Assembly (NCBI GenBank): GCA_964016885.1
Contig: OZ024741.1
Location: 172,112,001-172,176,000, forward strand
DNA length: 64,000 nucleotides
Reading direction: 5' to 3'
Origin: Eledone cirrhosa
Lineage: Eukaryota
The notes beneath the pieces were generated by a model that saw nothing but the letters and a program-made list of their open reading frames with translations, was not told the DNA's origin and searched no databases. The position numbers were made by a program, and so were the translations under genes. Each line of letters begins with the position of its first letter. Positions within the stretch are counted from its first letter, which is position 1. Below, piece by piece: positions 11,400-26,479 of the stretch.

Positions 11400-12830
11400 G
11401 GAGGAACATATCTCCAATGCTATAAATAGATATTGACATGGCCGCTAGCTTCTAGGGTAGCTGCTATTGAGAGAGGAGAGATTGAATTTTATCAGTTCCT
11501 TTATCTCTCCACCACGGGTTCTCCAGAGAACCAGCGGTGGGGATACAAATAATGTTCGGAAGACCATCTGAAGAGGCCGAATTGATACCATCTAACCAAC
11601 ACACTGCCTATTCTTCAAACCCTTCGAAACATTTGTAATGGAAAATATTCGAATAAATTGCTGTAAAATCTCATTCTACATAATTATTCTTCACTAAATA
11701 TGTATATATATAGATATATGATACTAGCATCGTATCTCAACCGATCTTCTAATCAGTCAAAAGAAATACAATCATGTCACATGTCTTGACCCTCAATCAC
11801 TGCTCGTATTTCCAATTCAGTCTTCATTCCAGTATTCTTTTTTTGTTCATAAATGATATTATTGATTTATCTCTCATGTTTAATTCGGCCATTTGGTGGC
11901 TGCGAAAGCATTAGATTTGAGGTCATGTCTCATACAGGGATTTGTCAACCGCAAGGTTCGCTGGTATATCGTTTGATTCAATTTTTGCGTACAATCATAA
12001 ATTCTATATGTGGCATGGCTGTTCCAAGTGATATTAGGAACCATCCTAACATATCTGATTTCGTAAGACAGATTTAGCCGACGCTAAAAAATCACTGATC
12101 TTAATACATTTCCTGCCCATAATTTTGATAATTTATTAAATGCTTACTACCCGAAAGCCTTAATTTTGTATTCACATTTTACTGGACTAAGTATTCATTT
12201 GCAAGGTGTTTGTAATTTTCAACGACATTTAGTCCAAGAATTCTAATATGTTTATGTCTCGTGTATCTCTACTGATTGTAAAGTAATATCGTCAGAATAT
12301 GTGAGGTTGATCATTACCATTAGTGGTGTATGGCTGCGTCTCCTGATTGTGAGTCTGAAGCACAATTCTAGCTATTTTGTATCAATAGCTTGTTTAATTA
12401 CACAGCCAAGTTCAATTGCGAAGAGATAATGAAACAGCCTGATTAACTATCTGGGATCATCACTTTAACTCCTGAATTTCTATATATCACGGTGATTATA
12501 TTCACAAGTTGCTCCAGTGTTCTATAATCACAAAGTATTTTCATAATCTTATATATGTGAATGCTGTTAAATACAGTCTTGAGATAGACAAAGAGAAATA
12601 TTACTGTTATTTTTATTTCTTCGAACATTCTTCTGAAAACATGTGTGTGAGATGTGGTTAATCTGTTGGGGGCAAAATCCATTTTCAGTTGGTCTTAAAT
12701 GAAGGTCGAGATACGACTGAATACAATCTTTTTGATTTTTTTATGATTGTTTGTGAATAGTAAATACAATAGTATTCACAGAGCCTTGTGTGACAAAATA
12801 ACCTCCTGTAACACGAGTTGTTTTAAATCA
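11400..12830 (-). pseudogene. Highly degenerate RTE-type LINE remnant
   Basis: Traces such as RSTTSH-like RLTTSHTHVFRR, VYLKTVFNSIH, VKVMIPD and NLTYSDDI parallel the intact RTE ORF. Confidence 0.55.
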
Positions 12831-14209
12831 GTATGTCATTGGTTAGCATCACACTTTCAATGAAGTAGAGTAATTATTAGTGTGTCATAATTGTTATGGT
12901 ATATTTTCTTCGACTCATTGCACTCTGATTTGAAATCGAGATCAACTTTGCCATGCATCATTTCGGGGTTCATAAATATCCATCCAAAGTGGTAGATTGG
13001 CGTAATTGTTAGATCATCGGATGAGATGTCTTGTAGTATATATTCCTTGTTTTTTCTATTCTGAATCAAAACTCTACCCAAGGAATTAAGTCCCACTTAT
13101 GGGGAGAGATAATCAACCGAATACGAACCTACAAATGGTTATGAAAGTTACAATGAGTAGTGGAAAATTGTGGCTGTCTATACCTAATATGTGGGAGTAT
13201 GTTTACATACATACCCATACAAACACACACACACACACATGCCAGATTATGTAACATGTAAGCTAGTGCACATTTTTGTATAGTCGAGTCGTGAGTGACT
13301 AAACTCTGCTAGCCTCTTTGGTGGGGAGAGTGGTATTTTTTACACTTTGCAGAGTGAACAATAAAACCCCTCAGATGGCAGATGAAATCATAAGCGTTAA
13401 CGCACATGCAATATTGTATATATATGCCTGTGGATATTGACATGTGTGTATATTCATCTGTTTATGTAAATGCATTTGTGTGAAAACAAGTCTTACTTGA
13501 AGCTTATGACGTCTGTAGTACCTAGCCACCTTTCTTTTTTTTTTCTTTTTTTTTTTGGCTTGTCATTTAGCTAAACAGCTTTAAACAGTATGATAAGGGC
13601 TCTCGTGTCGCACAGTGGGATGTGTGGGACATATCGCTATGCAGTGTCTCGTCGGTGGGCCATGATATAAAAATATAATAAATTTGCTCGACCACAGACT
13701 GATCTGTCCAGGAGGCACCCTTACTACCTTAATGGCGGGATTTAAAGAAGAGCAATTAATTTTATGTGATATTACTTTGATGAAATTGATTCCTACAAAC
13801 AGAATACAGGTAGAAACTGTAAATTGTTTGATTGTTTGTTACTGTCGCGCAAACAATTACGTTCAGCTAAGTGAGTCCTGTGGCTAGACGTGTACTCTAG
13901 TCGGTATACTATTCCAAAATAATTCAGAGCACTTTTTCAGGGATCACCTAACCTAAAATTGAAAACTGTTGGCGGGCGGTACAAAAATCCTTCGCGGGCC
14001 GGGGATTGCCGCCCCTTGGTAAAGGTGGTATTAGAAGCGATACTCCGGTATCACATGCTGGTGCGTCGTAAGTTAAAGTGATGTAGTTATTCAAATGAGA
14101 TGGGGGTGTTAGTTTTGTTGTATAAATGCATATCTTCATCTTGAACGCTCTTGGCTGGAATGTAGTTTTATTTTCTATCAGCTTGACTTGCCCTTATGAA
14201 CGATCACTC

Positions 14210-14282
<73 letters not shown>

Positions 14283-14299
14283 GTTGATCGACTTTTGTC

Positions 14300-14492
14300 A
14301 AATCGGACCGAAGAAACGATGTTTCCTTTGGTCTTCCCAATTGCTAATACTATCTATCGCTCGCAACTCCAGGTCGAAGGAGCAACGTAAAATAAAGTGT
14401 CTTGCTCAAGGACATAACGCATCACCCGGTCCAGGAATCGAACTCACAACCTCAAGAATGCAATCCAATTCTTTTACCACTCAGCCACACGC
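14300..14492 (-). mobile_element. Second tRNA-derived SINE family
   Basis: Minus strand: GTGGCTGAGTGGT (A box), GAGTTCGATTCC (B box), then GTCCTTGAGCAAGACACTT. Confidence 0.7.
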
Positions 14493-14513
14493 TTTCACAT
14501 GTATATATAAATA

Positions 14514-14997
14514 TGGTGGCTGCCAACTCGTTTTCGAGTACGGCCACTACTTTACATCCATGTAGGATAACCCCTACCGAAGCGCTGAACGAGTGTGACT
14601 TTTTAGTCCAGCCAGCGACTTGAAACCTCTGGTACAAACACTACACCTGTGACAATCATTGACACATAGTGCTAGGCCCATGGTAGGACAATTATTGACA
14701 CATAGTGCTGGGCCCATGTGAGGACAAGTGCAGAGAGATCTCCAGATATAAAGCAATGCCTGTGCCGTGAAGCTTTTATAGTGAGCAAAGGCACTGCACA
14801 AAGCCAGTCCCACTCTCTTAACCAAGATGCTATTTACCAAAAAGAAGAACAAGTCAACATCATTGGATACCATCAGGGTTGCAGGTGTTATATCAGAGTT
14901 TTCCTTCTCCTAGAATTCTGCCTTGACTAAGGCTAAAGGGGTCATCTCTCCCGGTGATTTTGGATGGCCATTGACTCTTAAGAGCTCCTTTGCCCTT
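14514..14997 (-). mobile_element. RTE-derived bipartite SINE copy with an internal about 38-bp tandem duplication
   Basis: Reverse complement of 2595-3045; TTGACACATAGTGCT.GGCCCATG occurs twice. Confidence 0.8.
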
Positions 14998-15054
14998 GTA
15001 TGTATATAAATATACATATATACATACATATAGCGTGGAAGATATACGTTAAAC

Positions 15055-15087
<33 letters not shown>

Positions 15088-15595
15088 ATACACAAATACC
15101 CACTCAGACACCCACTCAGACAGAAGCCCGCACACACTCACAAACACACACACACACATATATATATGAACATACACGCACACACTAACACCCATGCACA
15201 TACATAAATGCCTTTCCAAAATATGTAACACATTTCATTCAACAAGAAAATAATTATCGAATCGAAATACTTTGTATAAAAAACAGAAACCCCATAACAA
15301 GGAAAGGAGTAGACACTCAGCTTTGCAGAGAAGAATTCATTATTGTTAGTATCTCTTATTACTCTATAAATATCGGATGGTCTGGAAGGCATAGCAGTGG
15401 AAACTCTAATTAGTATGTATCCATCCATTCTTCGAATATCGTGGAATATATGTCAGCTAGCCTACAGATATATCTATATATGTGTGTGTATGCATATGTG
15501 TACGTGTATGAGTTTATGTAAGTCAGAGTGTATAGATAATATAGTACCATTTACTCACACATACACAAAATAACCTCACATACAAACAAACACAC

Positions 15596-16282
<687 letters not shown>

Positions 16283-16313
16283 ATATATATATAAATATAT
16301 GTATATATATATG

Positions 16314-16356
<43 letters not shown>

Positions 16357-16645
16357 ATGCATATTACAAATTTTACGTAACCTAGCCAGACGTCTGTGCA
16401 CTCATAGTAGTAGTAATAATAGTAGTAGCAGCAGCAGTAGTAGTTATAGTGGTGGTGGTTGATGATTGAGGATGATGGTGTCGCTGGCAATAACTGCAAT
16501 AATGGAGTTAAATATATTGTTGCTGTTTCACTTACGGTTAATGGTTATGTCTATGGAGTAGCTATTACTGTTTTAGTGTTGTTTCCTTTTTTGTACTTGG
16601 TGATGGTACAGCAAATATGATTGCTTTGATAGCAGCATTAGTAGA

Positions 16646-16841
16646 GGTAGAGGGTCGGACGCCATGCTTTCCAGTAGAGGGTCGGACGCCATGCTTTCCA
16701 GCATAGTTACGTCCCTTTACGATCTGAGTTCAAATCCCGCCGAGGTTGACTTTGCCTTTCATCCTTACGGGGGTCGATAAAATAAAGTACCAGTAATGCA
16801 CTGGGTGATTGCTGGCCTTGTGCCTAAAGTAGAAACAAGTA
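16646..16841 (+). mobile_element. tRNA-SINE with duplicated head
   Basis: GTAGAGGGTCGGACGCCATGCTTTCCA twice, then B box and core. Confidence 0.9.
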
Positions 16842-18126
16842 TTAGTAGAGGTAGAAATATAAATCTATGTATTTATAGACCGGTAACTTCTAAAAGTGTC
16901 CTAGGGGCGCCGTTATGTTATACAGTGCGTCCAGGGCAATTTAAATCTGGTGGAGTCCATCCTCTCTTCGTGTATGCACTGTGCCAAACCTTTTAGAAAA
17001 GGAGAATAAGTGAGTAGGTGGGAGGCATGTATAAAGAAAGACTCGACCCCAGTATTGGACTGTCATATTTTTATCGTCCTCGAAAAGATGAAAGGCAAAT
17101 TTAACTGCGGTAGGATTTGAACTCAGAAAGCTCAGAGAGCTCAGAGACCCGCAGTGATTACTGCAATGTATTCTACTCTATATTTCAACGACTTAACCGA
17201 TTCACTGCCTGGAATTACATGTAACTAAGCTAAAAATTCGAATTCCAGGGAAATGTTGTTGGTTTACATAGGGAACAATTGGTCCATAGAAAGGTTCATA
17301 CTAAGAGTTTGATAAATTCAATGTTCATGCTTCTATATTCTTTATTGCTTCTTTATTCTCAGATAAAACGCAAGAACTCGAAATAGGACATTCTTCACTC
17401 CTGGCAATTTAACTTATGACACTTCTCTATGAATTCTTCCATGGAAATAGAGGTGTTAATAGTGTTACAGTATTTGTTTTGTTTTTATTGTTTTGTTCTT
17501 TTTTTGTAGTTGTTTTTTGTTTTGTTTTTGTTATTATCGGTTAGTATCTATGATCAGAGCTATTCAGCCACGACCATACCATATTTTCCTGTATACATAG
17601 TCTTGTAACGTTGTTGCAATAGTTATTAGTCTTCTTATAGCTTTTGTTGCTGTTATTGTTTTTGTAGTTGTTTTTGTTTATCTCTAGGTCAGCTTTGATT
17701 TAGCGTACCTATTATTAGGGGCGTTCCAGCACTGACCATGCCGTGTATCTGTGATTATATTATCTAAAGTGTTCTATTGTCTAAAGATGTTAGTGAAGTT
17801 TTGGCTTCTATTTATAACAGAAGGATCAACTCCGTAAAAAGCCTACCATGACTGCTCCACACATGCATAATCCAAACATTTGGAGCAGTTCAGGAAGAAT
17901 ACAACGTTCGTTTTTGTTTTGCATCGTTTGAAAAGTGGATGATGGCCGAAATATCATGTTGAAATATATTGAGTATAAAACAGTATTTATTTTATTTTGT
18001 TTGTCATTTATATATTTCTACCGCATTGTACCAGTTTTCTTAAGTCCTCACCAACCAATTATATATACATATATATGTATGTATATATATATTTACATAT
18101 ATATATATCATATATATATATGTATA

Positions 18127-18239
<113 letters not shown>

Positions 18240-18240
18240 C

Positions 18241-18317
18241 ATATTTATTAAAAATACACATTAAAGTTTAAGCAAAGAATCGCTGCTTTAACCCTTAACG
18301 GAAACTTCTGAAACTTC
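18241..18317 (-). mobile_element. Fragment of the hammerhead element family at 22989-23745
   Basis: Matches 23095-23169; core degenerate. Confidence 0.7.
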
Positions 18318-18345
18318 GCATTTATCATTATTATTATTATTATTT

Positions 18346-18525
18346 TGACAGTATCGGTAGAGGATCGGACGCCATGCTTTCCAGCAAAGAGTTACGATCC
18401 TTTCTGGTCTGAGTTCAAATCGCACCGAGGTTAACTTTGCCTTTCATCCTTACGGGGCCGATAAAATAGAGTACCAGTAATACAGTGGGATAATTGCTGG
18501 CCTTGTGCCAAAAGTAGAAACAATT
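18346..18525 (+). mobile_element. tRNA-SINE inserted in (ATT)n
   Basis: A and B boxes, core, ATT tail. Confidence 0.9.
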
Positions 18526-18533
18526 ATTATTGT

Positions 18534-18567
<34 letters not shown>

Positions 18568-18570
<3 letters not shown>

Positions 18571-18703
18571 TTTATCCCAGGTTCACTCGGGGGTAACCAC
18601 AGTAAGTAAGGTACTCAATACAAAGCAGAGTAGGAATATTTAATATAGAAAAGGCTTCTACAGGGCTAGAACTGTTTCATTCGGGAGAAATCATCAGGCT
18701 TCC
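18568..18703 (-). mobile_element. Short tail-plus-hammerhead insertion, same family as 4361-5151
   Basis: GGTAACCACAGTAAGTAAGGTACTCAATAC shared with 4383-4412; core CTGATGA...GAAACAG..CTGTA on the minus strand; truncated inside stem I. Confidence 0.8.
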
Positions 18704-18729
18704 TATATATATATATATATATATATATA

Positions 18730-18896
18730 TTTAATACATTAACAGAGAAAGCTTTAAGCAATACTCCGACCGGCTTCCGTCTCACTCAACAAACATTAGG
18801 ATATACCTTAGTATAATCCCAATTATATGTTTGGGGTGCTAACTATACGTATTTTGCAGATAGCCAGTTGTATTATTTTATATGAGACATAATTTA

Positions 18897-18900
<4 letters not shown>
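18730..18900 (-). mobile_element. Tail-only copy of the hammerhead element at 26480-27125
   Basis: Aligns with 26480-26645; (TA)n flanks. Confidence 0.75.
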
Positions 18901-18990
<90 letters not shown>

Positions 18991-19008
18991 TTATTTATAT
19001 ATATATAT

Positions 19009-19890
19009 AGTGAAAGAGTGAAGAATAACATGGTTGGCTACAAGAAGGGTTTATTTATAGTATTAACAATTGTTTCATTGATCAAATGAGTCTAAAGTCC
19101 GGTAATCTCTAGAAATTGCGTCACTCGACCTTAAATACAGTGTGTGTCTCTGATCAAATCATAGGAATACTGATAACATAGGGCACTGGTATTTATAGAT
19201 ACATCGGAGAATCAAGTAAATGAAAACAATAATACAAAATAATAAAAAATGAGATAATAAAAAAATAATGAAATGATAGAAAAAATATTAAAAAATAAAA
19301 AAAATAAAAAGATAGGAAATAAAAAACACACGGTTATTGATAATAGTAGTAGTGGTTGTGGTGGTAGATGAAGTTACAATGGTGAGTAACTGGATGTGTA
19401 AAATAGTGATAATAGTAACGATAACAATAACATGAGAAGAAATACGATATATGATAGGCAAAAGTTTGATGAGTGGACGGCGTATTAATGTAGTGTATTG
19501 AGTTTATAAACTGGCGAAATAAAAATGTTAAATAGTAGAAACTATATTAGATGATTAGAATAAACAGTAAAAGGGAAAGAGATAAAGAACAGGAGATAGA
19601 GAGTAAAGACTAAGGATTCGAGGATGAGACAAAAAGAATCGGAGAATAGATAAATAGAGAATAATAAGTGAAAGGGATAATGGTGATATATAAGGGATTG
19701 AGGTTGGGTAGATTGACTGATTTATTTTAATGGAGGTGATGCGACTATAGAGAGAAGGGGAATGAAAAGTTGGGGGATTCCCGATGTTGATTTAATGACC
19801 AGTTGGTCAGTTGACAGCTAATAACAGTGGATTGGTTTGAAGTTTGTATATTTTTAAATCCGGGTGGTTCTGACTGAATACTGAGATCGC
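19009..19890 (-). mobile_element. Penelope-like 3' region with a degenerate hammerhead (about 19059-19171)
   Basis: Minus strand: AGTATT-CCTATGA-tttgatca...tgatcaat-GAAA-CAATTG-TT-AATACT; pyrimidine-rich 3'UTR-like body. Confidence 0.55.
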
Positions 19891-19898
19891 TAGATCGA

Positions 19899-19933
<35 letters not shown>

Positions 19934-20001
19934 AAGTGACCGAGTTTCTGCGCATGCGCGTTCGTACGGTTGTCCTTCCTGTTCCTATAACCATACACAT
20001 C

Positions 20002-20041
20002 CCGAGCTGAAGATCCGCGAAGGTGAAACAATTGTTCTCGG
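20002..20041 (+). ncRNA. Minimal type I hammerhead ribozyme in a short element (about 19930-20070)
   Basis: CCGAG-CTGAAGA-tCCgcgaaGGt-GAAA-CAATTG-TT-CTCGG. Confidence 0.88.
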
Positions 20042-20067
20042 TATGGTGAACTAACTGTTGTGCAACC

Positions 20068-22121
<2,054 letters not shown>

Positions 22122-22388
22122 TATATATATATATATATTTATATATATGATATGATATGATATACAGATATCATTACCCACATGTAGTCGTTTATCTTAC
22201 TGACTAACGTATATGTGCACTTTGAGTAATAGCTTTTTATTTATTTCTAACGTACAAACCTTATATCATAGTGAGTAATAGACAGCCGGAACTGTACCAA
22301 TTCTCTTCGACTATCTTCGGAAACCAATATTTAAAGTGACGGACCTGCATTTGATTGTGAGTTGAACGATTCTTTTTATTCTAGTTCG

Positions 22389-22489
<101 letters not shown>

Positions 22490-22688
22490 GGAGGTGAGTT
22501 TTATTGTAGCACAATAAAGCAATGCAAATATCGGATAAGTAGCACTCTACAGTTTGTAGGATTGGAGTATAAATAATATAGGATCAAAAGATGGTTAAAA
22601 GAGTTCCAAGTATTTTATTATGCGCATTTCAAAAACAAATATCATCATCAGATGATATGAAGCTTAAAAAACACTTGTGAATAGTGAA

Positions 22689-22793
22689 GTTGGAGACGCA
22701 GGACATGGCAGCGATAATGAGGGACAGAGACCGCTGGAGAGAACTCGTCCATGGATCGCGGGAATTTTACCCGCCTTAGAATAGAATAGAATA
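22689..22793 (+). mobile_element. 3'-terminal fragment of the RTE LINE with a (TAGAA)n tail
   Basis: Matches 31653-31743 with one substitution. Confidence 0.95.
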
Positions 22794-22851
22794 TGTTGAT
22801 TTAAAACTTCACTATTCACAAGTGTTTTTTAAGCTTCATATCATGTATCCC

Positions 22852-22922
22852 TATTTTATCTGATGAAAACGCAGATATCATCCCATGATAATATTTGTTT
22901 TTGAAATGCGCATAATAAAATA
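22852..22922 (+). ncRNA. Type I hammerhead ribozyme
   Basis: TATTTTAT-CTGATGA-AAAC...GTTTTT-GAAA-TGCGCA-TA-ATAAAATA. Confidence 0.88.
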
Positions 22923-22950
22923 CTTGGAACTCTTTTAACTATCTTTTCAT

Positions 22951-22988
<38 letters not shown>

Positions 22989-23011
<23 letters not shown>

Positions 23012-23745
23012 ATAATAATAAATTTGAAGACTAAAATCATAAGAGGGCTCGATAAGGATAAATATATATCAAATATATAAGAACCGTAGAGCAAATATTT
23101 ATTAAAATAACAGATTAAAGTTTAAGCAAAAAATCGCTGCTTTCACCCTTAACGGGATCTTCTGAAACTAACAAAGTCAATCTGTAAACGCAGAAGTGGA
23201 TATTTCAAAAAACGTTGCAACCGGAGGAAGACAGGAAGACGATACTTTGGTTCGTGGAAACGTTCCCTGGCAAATAACGGGAAAAAACGAATATTATACG
23301 TCATTAATAGGAGCGGTGAAAAACAATTACGCGCAAAGACAGAACCACGTTTATGGTATAAAAGAGGTCGTAGACTAATGTTCTCTGAGGTGGTTCATAG
23401 AGACGTTCTCTGGAAATGAACGAAAAAAACGAAGATAATACGTCATATGTGGAACGTGGAGAACAATTGCACGCAAAACCACGGAAATGGTATAGCAGAA
23501 GTCGTAGACTAAAATTCTAACTAGGAGACCGAATGAATCTCCGCTTCAGAGTTAAGAACAAAGTAAATAAATACAATACAGAAGTAATAGAAATTAAAAT
23601 AAATACATACACGCATACAAATACGTACATACACAAGCATACGCGAAAACACTTACAATAGGTATACAAAACCACGCGCATATAAATATGTGTGTGTGTA
23701 TGCGTGTATACAAATAAATAAATAATTAAATAAACGTATATAAAT
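22989..23745 (-). mobile_element. Non-coding pLTR-like element with a variant hammerhead (23119-23169) and an internal diverged tandem duplication
   Basis: Minus strand: AGTTT-CAGAAGA-tCCCgttaaGGGt-GAAA-GCA..TGC-TT-AAACT; 23237-23378 resembles 23401-23512; family also at 18241 and 59259. Confidence 0.7.
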
Positions 23746-25470
23746 AAGGGTTAATTTTATGCTGGCCCCCACCGCATGTGCAATCATTTTCTTTAGTTTT
23801 TCGTGGTTTTCGGGGGTCCGTATGGCTCTGGTCCACTCGTTCCATCTATCTGTGTGGGTTTTCTTGGCCATTGAGGTAATGGTAGGTGGTCTGCCTCTTG
23901 CTGGTCCTGTAGGGCACCGGTTGCTAAGGTCATGCGTGTCTAGGTAATTATTACTATAGGTGAGTTTAAAAATTAACCCTTAAGGAACATATGTTCAAAT
24001 TTAATGGAAAAACATATGCCCAAGAGGAAGGAGCAGCCATTGGTGTTAGCATTGCAGGCGACATAGCTAACTTATTCATGGTATGGTGGGACAGTAGACT
24101 TAAACTTAAACTTAAAGAACAATTAGAAGACCCCTTAACCCTGATAATGTGCTCCCGCTACGTTGATGATATAAACATCGTAGTTAAAACACCCCCACTA
24201 GAGAACAGTCAGGAATTAGAGAAAAACACAATGGAAAGCATCCAGCAAATAGCTAACTCCATCCACCAGAGTATTAGAGTTACTATAGACTACCCAATTA
24301 AACACCCCAACCATCGATTACCTGTAGTAAACACAGAACTCTGGTTAGATACCATTAATAACAAAAAACAAATCCTCCATTCCCATTATGCCAAACCCAT
24401 GACTTCCAAATATATGATTCACCGAAACTCAGCTGTTTCGGACCATACCAAAATCAACATACTGATTGCGGATTTGGTACGGGTGATGAGAAACGTGTCC
24501 CGCATGTGCAACCCCGAAGAACTAGAGAGACACATACAACACTTCATCCACAGTATGCAGTTCTCTGGTTACAATCAGAGAGATAAAATCAGAGTGTATA
24601 GAGGAGCCAGAACCAAATGGGAAAAAATGGTAAATAATGACACAAATGGGACCTGCCCCTTGTATAGGAGCACATTTTTGAATAGAATAGAAAGAACTAG
24701 GAATAAGGCTAATAGAATAAACTCATGGTATGATAGCAATAAATACCAGAGTGTAATGTTCATCGATACAACCCCTAGAGGTGAATTAGTTTACAAATTT
24801 AGAAGGGCCCTAGATAAACATAAACTCAATATTAAGATAGTAGAGAATCATCTGTACTGTGCCAACATGCTAAAATAGAACACAAGGGTAAATTAGAGAA
24901 CATAGAAATAAAAATAGAATCTACACACAGAAAAGATGCAATGTTTAGACAAATCACAGAGGCAATAAACATAAAAGAATTACAACCAAAATTAAATAGA
25001 AAACATGAGTGGAGCAGCAACATCACAACTTACAATTAAGGACAAAATGAAAACACACACGCACATAGAACAAACAACCAGCCTGTAACATGTAAATAAA
25101 CAAATAAATAAACGAATATAAACACACACAGACACCCGGATGTGGCGCATGCGCAGACTGAGCACACAACACACACACAGAAACAAGATGGCGTAGGACA
25201 GAACAAAGGACAGGCACAAAAACAAAGAAAAGCATCCCCAGTCAGTGAAGAGGTCACAGAATACGTGACGAAAGAACTTTGACAATATATAAACAACCAA
25301 CCAAAAATTTATAAATTCCTAAATTTATAAATTTATTATAATAAATTGAAGTGAAAGCAATGGTGCTTGTGTTTCTTATTAGCAACATGACCCTCCCAAA
25401 GTATAACAATATCGGTTTCAACACACGTTTTCAGATAAAGAATCTTGCTAAACAAATTCAGAAACGAAAT
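23745..25470 (+). mobile_element. Penelope-like element, 5'-truncated and 5'-inverted, GIY-YIG core deleted, with 3' pLTR
   Basis: ORF 23991-24878 (SRYVDD); endonuclease C-terminus RQITEAINIKELQPKLN in a shifted frame; hammerhead-like GTCA-GTGAAGA-GGTCAC..GTGAC-GAAA-GAAC-TT-TGAC at about 25241-25283. Confidence 0.92.
23991..24878 (+). pseudogene. Penelope RT C-terminal/thumb fragment (295 aa)
   Basis: EGAAIGVSIAGDIANLFM...RYVDD; paralogous to 1-1236. Confidence 0.85.
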
Positions 25471-25491
25471 ATATATATATATATATATATA

Positions 25492-25528
<37 letters not shown>

Positions 25529-25849
25529 CAACACTGTCATTGTTCTTTACATAATTAGCCTGGTTGAAACTTATGGCTTATATTCAAATTTAGAATTTCC
25601 CGCCAAAGTATTCCCAAACCATGGTCACTTTTCGATTAACCTCCTACAAGTCTGAAATTGCTACACATGATGGCAGTAACTGGATTGTATGAGTCGTTTA
25701 ATCAAAGATTTTCATCCATGAGAGGCAATCACCCGCTGAAGGCGTGCATCCAGAGTCACGTTATGTAAGGTCTGTAGATTATTACCTAACTACTGTGAAT
25801 AGTGTTTGCAATTGGAATTATCTTTTACAGACTAAATCACAGAAACTGC

Positions 25850-25990
25850 TTACCCACATCTAGTCGTTTATCTTGCTGATTAACCAATGTGTGCACTGTG
25901 AGTAATGTGCTTGTGTTTCTAACATACAGCCCTTATTATATCATTGAATGAGTAAGAGGTGGCCAGAGATGTTCGGATTCTCTTCGAATG
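25850..25990 (+). repeat. Dispersed repeat, also at about 22174-22310
   Basis: TTACCCACAT.TAGTCGTTTATCTT...TTCTCTTCGA shared between the two sites. Confidence 0.6.
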
Positions 25991-26024
25991 GACTAGTAAA
26001 CAAATATCTATCTATATGGATATG

Positions 26025-26434
26025 TATCACATAAGAAACGGATAATCAGTGTTGCGACGAATGGACTTTATTAGACATATTACAATCGTTTCTCTGGCGA
26101 CCAGCTCTAGGCATGATCGATGTAATGATCGAACCTGACTCTGAAATCGCAAGGTCCTCAGATACGTCTCGATCGCAAGATCCTCAGATACGTCTCGATT
26201 CTTCGTAGAATCGAGACGTATCTGAGGACCTTGCGATTTCAGAGTCAGGTTCGATCATTACATCGATCATGCCTAGAACTGGTCGCCAGAGAAACGATTG
26301 TAATATGTCTAATAAATGTTATTCGTCGCAACACTGATTCTCCGTTTCTTATGTGATATCATACTCTGCTCTGTAAGAGCATCGAGTGCTCAAACGGCCT
26401 ACTTACGGACGGCTTAATCATCCCACACCAATTA
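26025..26434. mobile_element. Fold-back hammerhead element (arms 26025-26202 and 26207-26358, tail 26359-26434)
   Basis: 4-nt loop; 26-bp tandem duplication in the left arm; AGACGTAT-CTGAGGA...GAAA-CGATTG-TA-ATATGTCT at 26214-26310. Confidence 0.88.
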
Positions 26435-26479
26435 TATATATATATGTATATATATATTTATACAGTATATATATATATA

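Noticed and set aside
14574-14655. C2H2 zinc-finger gene
   Set aside because: Single finger relic inside a three-copy RTE-derived repeat.
17930-17975. Hammerhead-like GATGATGGCCGAAA
   Set aside because: Lacks CTGA and pairing stems.
26399-26406. TACTTAC resembling the U1 snRNA 5' end or an antisense splice donor in two tail families
   Set aside because: Only 7 nt, AT-rich, and not conserved in the other families.
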